Positions 52,837 to 64,000 of a stretch of 64,000 nt of DNA are shown here, one piece after another. Position 1 is the stretch's first letter; each line of letters opens with the position of its first letter. The notes under the pieces are model-generated. The model saw nothing but the letters and a program-made list of their open reading frames with translations, did not search any database and was not told where the DNA came from. The DNA comes from Lama guanicoe. Taxonomy: Eukaryota. Location: contig MU053588.1 of the NCBI GenBank assembly GCA_013239625.1, positions 769,988 through 833,987 on the forward strand, given 5' to 3'. Made by a program: the position numbers and the translations under genes.

Positions 52837-53341
52837 AAGAATACAGTTGCTTACTGTGTGGTAAGTCCACTTTTAGTTTTAAAAAGAACTACCAAACTAT
52901 TTTCCAGAGTGGTTGTACCGTTGTGATCCCCACTGGCCAGGTCTGAGGGCTCCAGTTTCTCCACACCCTCACCGCTCTGCTGTCTTCGCCGTTTTTCATT
53001 TCAGCCGCTCTCATAGGTGTGTGTGATGCTGTCTCGTTGTGGTTCATTTGTCTTTGTCTGATGGATTGTGATGCTGTTGAACATCTTTGTTTTTCAGTGT
53101 TCGTACATTCCAGATACAAGATCTTTGTCAGCCTTGTGATTTGCACGTATTTTCTCCCAGTCATTAGTTTGTCTTTTCATATTCTTAACAGGGTTTTTCA
53201 CAAAAGTTTTTAACTTTGATGAGATCCAAATTATTGGGGTTTTTTTCCTTTTATGGATCATGCTTTTGATGTTAAAATCTGAGAACTCTTTGCCTATTCT
53301 TGGATCCTAAAAGATTTTCTTTTTTTTTTCTAGAAGTTTTC

Positions 53342-53529
53342 TTTTTTTTTTTTAAAGCACACTAAGCACCGTATTTAACTTTGTTTTGTTTTGCTTTGTT
53401 TATTTAATTTTTTTGGCCGGGGAGGTTATTAAGTTTACTTATTTATTTTCAGAGGAGGTGCCAGAGATTGAACCCAGGACCTTGTGCATGCTAAGCATGC
53501 ACTCTACCACTTGAGCTACACCCTCCCCC
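53342..53529 (-). mobile_element. tRNA-Ala-derived SINE (Vic-1 type), copy 2, inserted in old L1
   Basis: Same head and body on - strand; TSD GAAGTTTTC at 53333-53341 and 53530-53538. Confidence 0.88.
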
Positions 53530-56500
53530 GAAGTTTTCATTATTTTTGTTTTACATTTAAGTCCCTGATCCATTTTGAGGTATTTTTTTACAGCTAATTT
53601 TTGCATAGTGAAAGGGTTTAGATTGAGGTTCCCTTTTTTTGCCTCCCAATGTACAGCACCATTTATTGAAAAGGCTCTCCCTTCTCCACTGGATTGCTTT
53701 TGCTGCTTAAAACAGAAATTCATTGGAAGGGGAAATTAATTGGGCACATCTGTGTAGGCCTATTTCTTTCTGTGTTCTCTAGACTGTTCCATGGAGCTGT
53801 ATGCATGCACTCAGTGAGTGTTCGCAGCAACTCCATGAGGTGTGGGTAATGCGTCCCATTTTACAAAGAGAGAGAAGAAAACTGAGGCTCAACCTGGTGA
53901 ATCCACTTGTCTTAGGTCGCTCTTCCAGGAACCCAGGGCTATGTGATTCCAGGGGACTGACCATGACCCAGAGCTGTCCTGCCTGCCCACAGGCCTCCAA
54001 GCTCATCCCCAAATCAGGGTCAACATGCATGGTCCCTGCTGGAGTCCCTGCCCCACAGTGACACTTGATGGCTGTGATTTCGTGTTTCAGGCTCTCTGGC
54101 GTTGACAAATGAACAACTCTCACTTTTTCCTTGCATTCTAGTTCTTCCCAGCCTGTCCCTCTCTTCCCAGGGCTGCAGTGGAGTCTGATTCCACTCTCTG
54201 TGGCCCAGGTTTCAGCATTTTTTACCTCTGTCGCCAACTGGGTTCCAAGTTTTGCCAAACATTCCTGGCACACCTCTGCCCCCAAACCGCCCGAAGTGTC
54301 TTTCATAACAGGTCACCAGCCTACAGTAAGAGGCCCAGGAGCAGGTGAAGCCGCCCCAGTGGCCTCGGCTCCTTGCCCTTTTTCCTACTCATAGTTATCC
54401 CTTGACATCCCGGAGCCTGTGTGACCCAGCCTAGATATCCCAGCCTAGCCACGGACATTTCCGCCCTCAGCACTCCCATCTCCTGCCGTCTTCTCCAGAG
54501 GGCCTGCAACTTGCTGCGTTCATCAAGCTTTTAGCAGTGCAGAGGCCTTCATGGACAAAACCTGCCCCGTGGCCCATCTTGGACATACTGAGACACAAGA
54601 GGGCTAGATGGCCTGTCCCCTGTCTGCCATATGAGTGTGGGCAAAGACTTCACTCCTCAGCACCTCAGTTTGCTCACTTGTGAAACATCTGTCTCTGAGC
54701 AGCGTTGAGAACATTCACGGAGGGAAGCCCTCAAGAATGCTTAACTGTGCCTGGTGCAGAGTCTGTGCTCCGAGAGGGTTATGCCTGTCACTGCTGCATG
54801 CAGGGCCTGGGCTGGCAGCTGGGGTGCAGGGGATGGCGGATGCCACCCCGTCCTCAGGAGTTTGCCATATTGCGTGCAAGATGAACAAACTTCCAAACTC
54901 AGTGCTGAGCCTTAGGTCAGAATCACGTGCCCGGCTCAGCAGCCTACAGGGCTGGCCCAGACCGTAAACACTGGCTCATCAGGCCACCTGGCTGACTTTC
55001 GTTTTTCCTTTGTTTTTCCCTGCCAGTTCCGTAAAGAGTGGTACATCAGTTAGGAGGCATTTGACTTGAAGTGACAGAAAATCTAACTCAAGAAGGCATG
55101 AAGCATTATGGGGATTTATGGTCACATAGCAAGTCCTAAGGAGGAGTGGCTCTAAGGCTGGTTAATTCTACAGGGACATCCTCAGGTACCTGGCTCCACT
55201 CATGACCCACAAGGGCTACAGTGGCCCCAAGCAAAATCAGCACCCTATGGAAAAAGAGGGGAGGGCTTCTCTTTGTTTTTAAGGGTAAAAGAACTGGGTC
55301 ACTTGCCCACCCCTGAACCAACCTCTGGCAAGGTCACATTGGACCCCCATGATTGTCTTAAACTGTCAGGATTTACTCAAGTCATGTAGCAGATGGATGG
55401 TTGCCAGAGAGGATCCTGGACCCCACCAGCAGGGACAAAAAAGATGATGATTGGGGTGGCTGCCAGCAGTGGCTGCCTAGTGTCCACCTTTACCCGGGCA
55501 TCCTCTAGTTCACCCCACACTGTGCCGGCCGGCAGTGTAGGAGATGGACAGAGCAGGCTGGGGCTCTGCCCTCAGGAGTTCACATCTGTCTTGGTACTTT
55601 CCTATGTGTCAGAGTGGGAAGTTCAAAGCCAAGATTCTGGCAGCCCATACACCTGCTTCTGGGGAGTTTTGCCTAGAGCTGTGCATGGTGAGATGCTGGA
55701 ATGTTCCAATTTCCAGGCTGACCAGGATGTGGCAGTAGTAGAAATGGCCCCAAATGGGACATACTCAGCACCTGAAGAATGGCCAGCATAGGTCAGTCAG
55801 TTTACATTGGGATAATAAAGCTTATTAGTAAGAAACTTACACAGTTGGACAAAGTACAGGTTGTCTTGATTGAGGACAGCTGAGAGATGAAGGTGGTAAA
55901 ATATGTCCAGTTAAAGATAGTCCATCAGTTAGGATTCGGCTTAGCTGCATAATATAGAAAATGGTGATTCAGATGAGATAGTTTCTTCCCCCCACGTTGT
56001 CAGGGACTCGGGCTCTTCCTCGCCAGTGCTCTGCCTTCCTTGGCCTGTGGCTTTCTGGTCTTCAGGTGGCTGCTGGAGCTTCTGCCTTAAGGAGCTGACG
56101 AGGCAAAGGCGCTACAACACACTTCCAAAGAGTGCCTGGAAGTCACGTGCAGCACTTTTATCTCATTGGCCAGAACTGCAAGGGAGCCTGGGAAATGGAG
56201 TCTGTTAACCGATCACATTGCTGCCCCCAAAACACTTGGGATTCTGTTACCAAGGTGGAAGCAGAGAATAGACATGAGGGAACCGCCTGCGGCGCCTGCC
56301 ACTCGTACCTTCCACTCTCCCCTGGCTGCCCCCGCCACTGCCAGCGTTTTCCTTTAGTTCTCAGGGCTTGATGTGGACGTTTTGAGAAAATGGAACAAGC
56401 ACATGAGCACTTCAGTTTCTAGCCATAGTGGAGCCACATTTTACCAGGCAGTTAGCTGGCTGCTAAGTCAGCCAGTAAGGTGAAGACTGCTTATGCTTTT

Positions 56501-58483
56501 TATTGTTTTGACTCTCTTTCTTTCCTGGAGGCATTAGAGGTCAAAGTCTGCAGGAGCAGGAATAACATGTATTTCCTTGGCAGGTGAGCAGAGATGAGTT
56601 TCCAGGGAGTCGAGTGCTCTCTGAAGCACCACTCTGCTGCCCTGGAGGCGCTGAAGCCCAGAGCTGTAGAGTTGGTCTTTGCAGAGACAGCCTGGCTCTG
56701 GGCTGGCAAGGTGACCCCGGAGAAGTCAGTTCATTCCTCTTTTGGATTTGGGGGGGATTCCCAGTGTATCACCCCATCAAGTTGCAAATATAGTCACAGG
56801 AGCCAATCAGGGCTTGTGTCAGGGGGACATTCCTGGCTGCAGGTAACCAAGACTTGGCTGGCTCAAACGCTGCAGGAGTTTGTTATCTCACAGAAGAGAA
56901 GGGTCAGAGGCAGAACGGGCTCCAGGGAGGGTTAATCCAGCATCTCGACAACACCATCAAGGGCTTGGTGGTTCCTTCTGGGTTCTCTCTTCCACCCTCA
57001 GCCTTGGCCTCATCCTCAGGCTGGTGGGGGAGGGCGACAGCAGTTCCCAGTGTTACCTCTGCTGATGTCACCCAGCAGCACTTGGTGAAGAAGACTTCAT
57101 CTTTCCTTATCATCTCCCTTCGGAGCAGGGAGACTTCCCCAAGCCCCTCAGCCGACTTACCCTTTCTCAGTCAGATTATGCTGGGTAACAAACACCTGAA
57201 AATGGCAGTGACTTCCATCAGCAAAGGTTTACTTTACACTCACACTGCAGGTCCACCTCTGGTTGCCAGGGGACTTCTCAGGACCTAGGCTGCCTCACAG
57301 CTCTCTGGCAAGAACTAGTCACACAAGCCCAACCAGCCAATCTCGAGGGGCTGGGAAGCGCGGTCCTGCCGCGCCTGCCAAGTGAAGAGCCAGGGTCTTC
57401 ATGGGGGGCTTAGTAACTCCCGTCCTCTCACCTCTCACGCGCTGTCCCTGACCAGCCTCAGGCAGGGAGAGGATTTCTACAATGACAGCTCCCATCTGAA
57501 GTGGAGCGGATGGTGAGAGGCCCCCACAGGATTCACTCCAGGGCGTGGGGAATGCTGCCGGGACCCGAGGCTGCGGAAGGCACCTGCTGCCGCTTCCCCT
57601 GTTAGGTCTCAGCCCTTGCCTGTAGGTGTGCAGGGCCAGCCTCCAGGAGAATCTCTAGCAGACACCTTTGTTATTTCATTCCACCACCGCCCTGAGAAGT
57701 AGAAAATGTCTCCCATTTTCGACAGCTCAGACTGGTGAACACTTGCCCAACCAGGGTCATGCAGCTAGTAAGGAGGTGTGGGGCTGGGGTTGAGGCCAGC
57801 CCTGCCTCATTCTGAAGCCTGAGTCCACAGCTTCTCCCCTGCAGCCCTTCCTCCTGCAGAGAGACACGCATAGTTCTGTGTTATGTGTCAGCCTCAGTCT
57901 AAGCTCTGGGCACACAGGATGGCACTCAGTCCTACCAGGGAGGACCTGGTGCGATTGCCTCTTGACAACCAGGCAAACTGAGGCTCAGGGCAAGGAAGTG
58001 AGTGTACCTGGCTGGGCAAGAGGCGGAGGTGAGGTTGGATCCCCAAGCTGCCCAGTTCCAGGCCTGCTGTTCCCACAAATGCTGCCTTACCCTGCGCTCT
58101 TCGCCAGAGAGAAAGGGAGCCCAAGACAGGCCTGGGGGCGGGGGCTGCTGAGGATGCCTCAGCCCCCGTTTCACAGCTAAGAAACAGGACCCCTGAGGAA
58201 CCGATGGGTAGGGCTGTTGGCCCAAGTGGCTTCTGCCCCCTCCTTCCTTGAGGACCCCCACCTGGCCCTGCATCCCCGCCACCCCGGCTCCCTGGCGTGC
58301 TTCCCGGGCAGAGCTCATTCCTGACCCCCAGTTAATAGCACGTTTCCAGGCTTACTCATCTAGCCTCCCCTCCGCAGAGCCGCCAGTATATTTAAAACCC
58401 CTCAGCGAGTGAGGCTCAGGCTTAGGTGGTTTTTGACACACCAGCCCCTCACCCTGTGCTTGCCTCCTCCCGCTCCCCGACAG

Positions 58484-58614
58484 GTACGCCGCCGCCCCCC
58501 CGCACCAACTGCTGTCCTTTGATCCCCACTTCAGCCACGATGGGATGTCCAGCGGCGACTCCTCTTCAGGCGGCTTGACCAGCCAGGAGAGCACCATGGA
58601 GCGCCAGAAGCCAG
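58484..58614 (+). CDS. SIPA1L3: SIPA1L3 coding exon 11 (131 nt)
   Basis: gacag|G...G|gtaggc; YAAAPPHQLLSFDPHFSHDGMSSGDSSSGGLTSQESTMERQKP. Confidence 0.92.
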
Positions 58615-59009
58615 GTAGGCGCCCCCAGGCCAGCTGCGTCCCCGGCCTCGCCCTGCAGGGCCTCTTACTTACAGTTTGGCAGGTGACAGCTCTCCCGCTG
58701 TCAGTGAGGGGTAAAACAGGAGAAAGCTGAGAGTGCCACGCATAAGACAAGAGGGTCACCCAGGAGAGCGGCAGGACCGGCAAGCCAGATCCGTCTCCAT
58801 CCAGACAGGACATCAGCAGACGGGGTCTTCCAGCACCATCGATCAGGAGCTCAGCTGCGTGACATGGGGGTGGTGACACCAGGGGGAGTGGTGGAAAAGG
58901 ACTAGAAGGGCTGTTCTCGGGAGCAGAAGCGGCAGCATGCTGAGGCCATTCATTACACAACCCCTCCAGTATTGTTTCTGACTGTTAGGGGCGTACAGCC
59001 TCTGCTGAG

Positions 59010-59710
59010 AAACGAGCACAGATCTTGAACGTCTAGTGTGATTACACATCACAAAGTGAACACGCCCATGTTCCACGCCCAGGGCAAGAGACAAGAACGT
59101 GGGCAGCCTCCCAGAAAGGCCCCAGCCCCTCCCAGTCAGTACCCCCAAAGCCACCCCTGTCCTGGTTCTTGTAGCCAAGCTTGGTCTTGCCTGGTTTTAA
59201 ATTTCACATAGACAGAATATAGGCTCCCACTGGATGCAGTGTGTATGTGGTGTGGGGGGGGCGGGGCCTTCTGTTGCTCAATACTGTGTTGGTGAGAGAC
59301 AGCCACGTGTCTAGCAACGCACTTTCTGAGCAGTATATCCATTGTATGAGTGACTCACAATTTCTTACTCCGTTCTAGTGTTGATGGACGTTTGGGTTGT
59401 TTCCAGTTTGAGGCTGCTTAGACTATTGCTGCTAGGAGTATTCTCGTCCCTGTCTTTTGATGAACACATGCTCACATTTCTTAGGGACTGTCCCTGAGAG
59501 TGGAATTGCTGGGTCATATATCTAACTTCATGAGAGACTGCCAAACCATTTCCCAAAGTGACAAACCAGTGATGGAGTTCCAGTTGCTCTGTATCCTTAC
59601 CAACCTTTTCAGCCTTTCCAGCAGGCACGTCATGGTATCACGTTGTGTTTTTAATTTGCATTTTTCTGATGCCTGCTGAGGTTGAACATCTTCTGGTCTG
59701 TTTACTCTCT
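59010..59710 (-). mobile_element. Old LINE-1 (L1ME-like) fragment
   Basis: gttgatggacgtttgggttgtttccagttt...gagtggaattgctgggtcata...ttttaatttgcattt. Confidence 0.7.
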
Positions 59711-61039
59711 TGTGTGTAATTATTCATCGTGAGCACATACTACTGAGATAAATATTTTAAACCTAATTTCTCATAACAAACTTATAGCCCCTTTGAAGTG
59801 GGAGAACTATCAGATGATGAGTGGGTTCAAAAGAAAGAAAATCAATGAAGTGTCAGGGAGCATTGACCTTGGAGGGGGAGGAGATGGAGGTGCTCACTCG
59901 GGGGATGTTTGAGAGTATCCCCAGCTGTCAGGGATGACCAAGTCGGCACATTGCCAGCTCCCCAGGGTGCTGTAGGGCCGGGAAGAGGGTGTGTGCTCCA
60001 GGATTAGCGGCCTCTAGAATTCCTCAGCCCCCCGGCCCCTGCCCCATGGTTCTCTTAAACCAGGTACAGCGGTTGGACTGCAGGCAAGCAGGTCGCCCTC
60101 CCGACCCTGCTCTTCCTGCTCCTGCTGCCTCCGGGCCCTGCAGACACCACTGGCTTCTCTCCGCAGCACACGGGATCCTGCCTGCAGTTCTGTGAGCTTT
60201 GCTCCAGCTCAGACAGGTTCGAATCCTTTTCTTTTCCCACCTAGTTGAGAAAAAGGGAAGCATGTTGCTTGGCGATGTCATCACCTAGGAAAGGAAAATT
60301 TTCCAGCGTTCACACCAGGGGCCCCAAGTAAGGTGTCACAGAAGCTCACCGTTGTCCCTCCTTTTCTTCCCTGTTCCATCCCCAGGAGCTTGGCTCCCCT
60401 CTCACTGCCGTCATCGTAATTTGACTGACGCCTCCCTGCACGTGTACACACACACCAGGGCAGTGTGTGCTTAGAAGTCCTCCACAAGTCTAGGATGTAT
60501 CCGGGACCCAGGGCGGGGGGATCAGATGCCGCGGGGACCGGCCCAGCCCCGATCAGATGATGACCAGCCCAATGGCGGCAGCGCAGTCCCGGGTGCTCCA
60601 CTCCCTCCCGTTCAGCCATCTCAGGGACACCAGCCTGCTTGCTGCTGCGGCCCCATTTTAGAAACAAGAAAGATGAGGCACAGAGAGCTTGTCATTTGTC
60701 TGAGGTCCCTGCTGCTGAGTAGCATGATCGAGATTTGAACCAAGACCTGTCGGGTTCTAGGACCACTGCCCACAGACACCACCGCAATCCCTCGTTCATG
60801 GAGTGAGTGTTTCTCAGGTCTCAGGGCACCCAGGTTGCGAAGGTGGCCCCAGAGCCACCAGCTCCCCCAGGTCTGTGCCTGGCCGTGGTCTCAGCACATC
60901 TCTCAGAACCACATGACCCATCCATGTGTCAGGGGTGAAACAGGAGAGCCAGAGGTCACTGGGGCTGGTGAAAGGCCCAGGATCAGGGCCTGAAGGGCAG
61001 GGCCAGGGGCAAAGCAGCCCGGGAGGGGCAGGAACCTAG

Positions 61040-61900
61040 CCATTCATCCCCGTTCATTCAACACATCACTAATGATACAGGCCAGACTGGGCACCAGGGA
61101 CATAGTTTGAGCCAGACAGTTGTTTCCCTGGCCTTCTTGGAACTGACAGTCGGTGGGAGAGACGGACAGTGAAAAGGAACACCTGGTGATAAATACTCAC
61201 CAATAATGCTGAGTTTTGAATTGAAATGAACCAGGTGCCTAGGGAGGGACCGATGGGGTTTGGGGGAATCTCTGAGCAAATCACATTTCAGGCAAGGCTG
61301 GAAGAATGCAGAGGAGCCAACTGGGAGAAGAACATTCCAGAGAAAGAGACCCACTGGTTGAAGACCCTGAGGTGGCAGGGGGTCCAGTCTTGGAGAAATA
61401 GGGAAGAGGCTGAGTGGCTGGAGAAGTGGTGGGAGACGAGGCCAGAGAGGTGACAAGGACAGCGTGATGGGGCCTCAGAACCACAGAGCACAGTTCTCCT
61501 GAGCACAGGAGGGTTGACATCTGACTCAAGTGTTCACAGGGTCCCTCTGGCTACAGATGCTTGTGGGGTGGGACCCGTGGAGGGAGACAGATGGACAGGT
61601 TCTGGGTATAGTCTTTTGAAGATAAAGGTAGAATTTCCTGATGCTCAAAAATGATAACCAGGTTTTGGCCTGAGCAGCTGGAAGGATGGAGCCTCATAGA
61701 CTGAGCAAGAAATGTGGTGAGGGATGTAGGTTTAGGGGAAGATGAGGAATTGGCTTCGGCCGTGTTGGGTGGGAGGTGCCCAGTAGACACCCAAGTGGAG
61801 GTGCTATGAGGCAGCCACAGGTACAAGTCTGAAGTCATGGGGAGCGATCCAGACCAGAGACAGAAACGTGGGAACCATTGGGGTTGATAGGTGGTAGTGA
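61040..61900 (-). mobile_element. LINE-2 fragment
   Basis: ttcattcaaca..ggttttggcctgagcagctggaaggatggag..agacacccaagtggag. Confidence 0.65.
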
Positions 61901-62971
61901 AGGCTGGGTGGGAATGCAGTGGGTTTGGCTCTCTGTAGAAGTATGGTCTCCTTGTGTGGTCTGGCTGCCTCCCAGGGGACCAGAACCTCCTGGGCACGTG
62001 GGATGCTTCCAAGGAGGAAAAGCATCCTCGGACATAGAGTATGTGGACAAAGTGGCCAGCCTGCCAGCTCTTGTGTCTGTGGTTCCCGAGTGAAAGCCAC
62101 ATAGGCAGTGACACTCACAACTGAGTCCAGCCAGGCCACTCTCTGCCGTGGCCCTGAGTGTCCTGCCTGGCCGTCCAGGCCCAGCTTCCCCAGCAGAAAC
62201 ACGAGCCCAGAGTGTCCTTGGGCTGCTCTGGGGGCAGTAGGGTGTGTGGTTGTGAGCTCAGGCTCCAATGGGCCTGGTGGGAAGTTCTGAGTCAGCTGTA
62301 TGACCTTGGCAGTGACCTCATCTCTCCCAGGCTCAGGTCCCTCCACTGTGGTAGATGCCCTCAGTGCCTCTCTCAGGGTGGTTTCAGGATCCAGTGAGAT
62401 CACATCTACCCAGCCCTCAGCACAGGACCCAGCGCATCATTAAGAGAATGATGACTCCTGCTTCTCAAGCACTTACTCTCACTTGTTGCTGGAGTTGTCA
62501 TTGTTAGGGAAGCACAGAGAGGCTTCAGGGGTTGAAAGCACAGGTCTGAAGCCCTTTCTGACTGTGTGACCTTGGACCAGTTACTTAACCTCTCTGAGTC
62601 TTGATGTCCTCCTTCATCTATTAAACTAGTACTAGTATCCACCTCACAGCATCACTGGGAGGATATAGCACAGTGATACATGCAAAGCCTTCACAATAGT
62701 TCCTGACACAGAACATGTGCTTAATAATAATCATTATTATGATTATTTTAAATACAGCACTGATCGAAAGTGTGGGCTCTGGGGTTAGACCACATGGGCT
62801 TGGGTCCTCTGTTAGCATGTTTGTAAGTTTGATAGATGTTAACTAGCCCTCCACTGGGGTTGTGTGTTCTTTTGAGATCCGATGCTCAGTTCAGACACAT
62901 TGACTAGCCTTGGGAGTTCAAACTAATTTACACCCATACCAGCCATCATGATTTTAAACCCATTTCACCTT

Positions 62972-63125
62972 ATCAAAAAAATTTTTTTTCTAACTTTTTT
63001 TGGTAGGGGAGAGGGAGGAGGTAATTAGGTCTATTTATTTATTTTAGAGGAGGTACTGGGCGTTGAACCTGGGACCTCATGCATGCTAAGCATGCACTCT
63101 ACCACTTGAGCTATGCCCTCCCCCC
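62972..63125 (-). mobile_element. tRNA-Ala-derived SINE (Vic-1 type), copy 3
   Basis: Same head and body on - strand; TSD ATTTCACCTT at 62962-62971 and 63130-63139. Confidence 0.88.
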
Positions 63126-63913
63126 TCCAATTTCACCTTTGAACCAGCAATTTCACTTGTAGAATTCTGTCCCAAACGCAAGTCCACACTTGCTCCAAGT
63201 TGGGTGTAGAGGACAGACCACCAGAATATTTAGAAAAACTGAAAATAACCTGAATGTCCCTCAATAGGAACCTGGTTAAATAATCAATGTCCATTCATAT
63301 GATGGAATACTGTACAGCTATTGAAGATAAGATAACCTCATGTTCAGTTGTGTGATGATGCATTATGGAGATAATGGAGCAAAAAGCAAGTGTAAGCATA
63401 TTTATTTGTAAAGTGAGAAATCAAGTTGTCAGATGATGTCTGTTATGATTCTATTTTCGTTTAACAAAAAAAGTTGTGCACGTTTAACCAACAAAGGAGT
63501 GCTACCTGGTATATATAAAGGATCCTGTCCACCAATAAGACAGTCAATCCCATAAAAAGTGTGTAAAAAATATGAACAAGTAGTTTACAAATAGAAAAAT
63601 CCAGATGACCAGCAAGGATGAAAACATGCTCAGCCTCCTTTGAGGATGGAGGACTGTTGTAAGGCTTCGCTAAGTTAACCCACGGAAAGCACTAGAGTGG
63701 TACCTGGCACGCAGTAAGTGCTCAGTAAACATTCTGAGTGTTGTTATACCCCAGGACGTGAGCTGGTGGGATCACGGGCTGTGTGAGCTGAGCAGAGAAG
63801 CTGGAAGAAAGGTGGGACCGAGGAGCCACATTTAGGGCCAGAGTCTTTGGGTGGACTTGGGCCAGGGCCTGAGTTACCTCTAACCACCCGGTGTGTCTCC
63901 TGTCTTCCTACAG

Positions 63914-64000
63914 AGCCCTTGTGGCACGTGCCCGCCCAGACCCGGCTCTCGGCCATGGCAGGAAGCAGCGGCAGCAAGCACGCCTCCAGGCAGGACGCAG
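63914..64000 (+). CDS. SIPA1L3: SIPA1L3 coding exon 12 (partial, runs off window)
   Basis: tcttcctacag|AG; phase 1 completes GAG; EPLWHVPAQTRLSAMAGSSGSKHASRQDA. Confidence 0.9.

Larger units (their letters stand above)
51540..53770 (-). mobile_element. Old LINE-1 3' fragment (L1MC/MD-like), interrupted by a younger L1 and a SINE
   Basis: Antisense L1 3' UTR/ORF2 motifs (gactcacaggaagtt, ccaaactattttccagagtggttgtacc, cagcaccatttattgaaaag). Confidence 0.75.
10817..64000 (+). other. SIPA1L3: SIPA1L3 gene, partial (first coding exon to window end); signal-induced proliferation-associated 1-like protein 3
   Basis: 12 phase-compatible exons splice into one open frame starting MTTYRPIPSDGVDLA, with SIPA1L-type N-terminal motif KMGVRARVADWPP, RapGAP domain and PDZ domain. 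The sequence upstream (1-10816) is presumably intron of the same gene. Confidence 0.96.

Noticed and set aside
1..64000. CRISPR arrays, operons, rRNA, snoRNA/miRNA or processed pseudogenes
   Set aside because: None recognisable by eye. The DNA is a eukaryotic intron-exon locus; an Rfam scan would be needed to exclude small ncRNAs.

Overview
Mammalian genomic DNA, most likely camelid: it carries three tRNA-Ala-derived SINEs of the Vic-1 type. The whole window lies inside one + strand gene, SIPA1L3 (SPAR3, a RapGAP/PDZ protein). I traced 12 coding exons by hand, from the start codon at 11126 to a last exon that runs off the window at 64000. All have AG/GT boundaries and consistent phases, giving 3718 nt (about 1239 codons) of open spliced CDS with the RapGAP catalytic motif (RKRHIGND) and the PDZ domain. 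The promoter, upstream non-coding exons and the 3' end lie outside the window. Introns are filled with old MIR, L2, L1, MaLR/ERV LTR and hAT repeats; family names come from remembered consensus sequences and boundaries are approximate. I found no convincing novel multi-gene system. The best leads are smaller: a frame-preserving 57-nt candidate cassette exon, an L1 insertion with an apparent 3' transduction, inverted SINEs bracketing an exon block that would circularise into a stop-free ORF, three uORFs, AG|GT recursive/poison splice candidates, and a strong CTCF motif.
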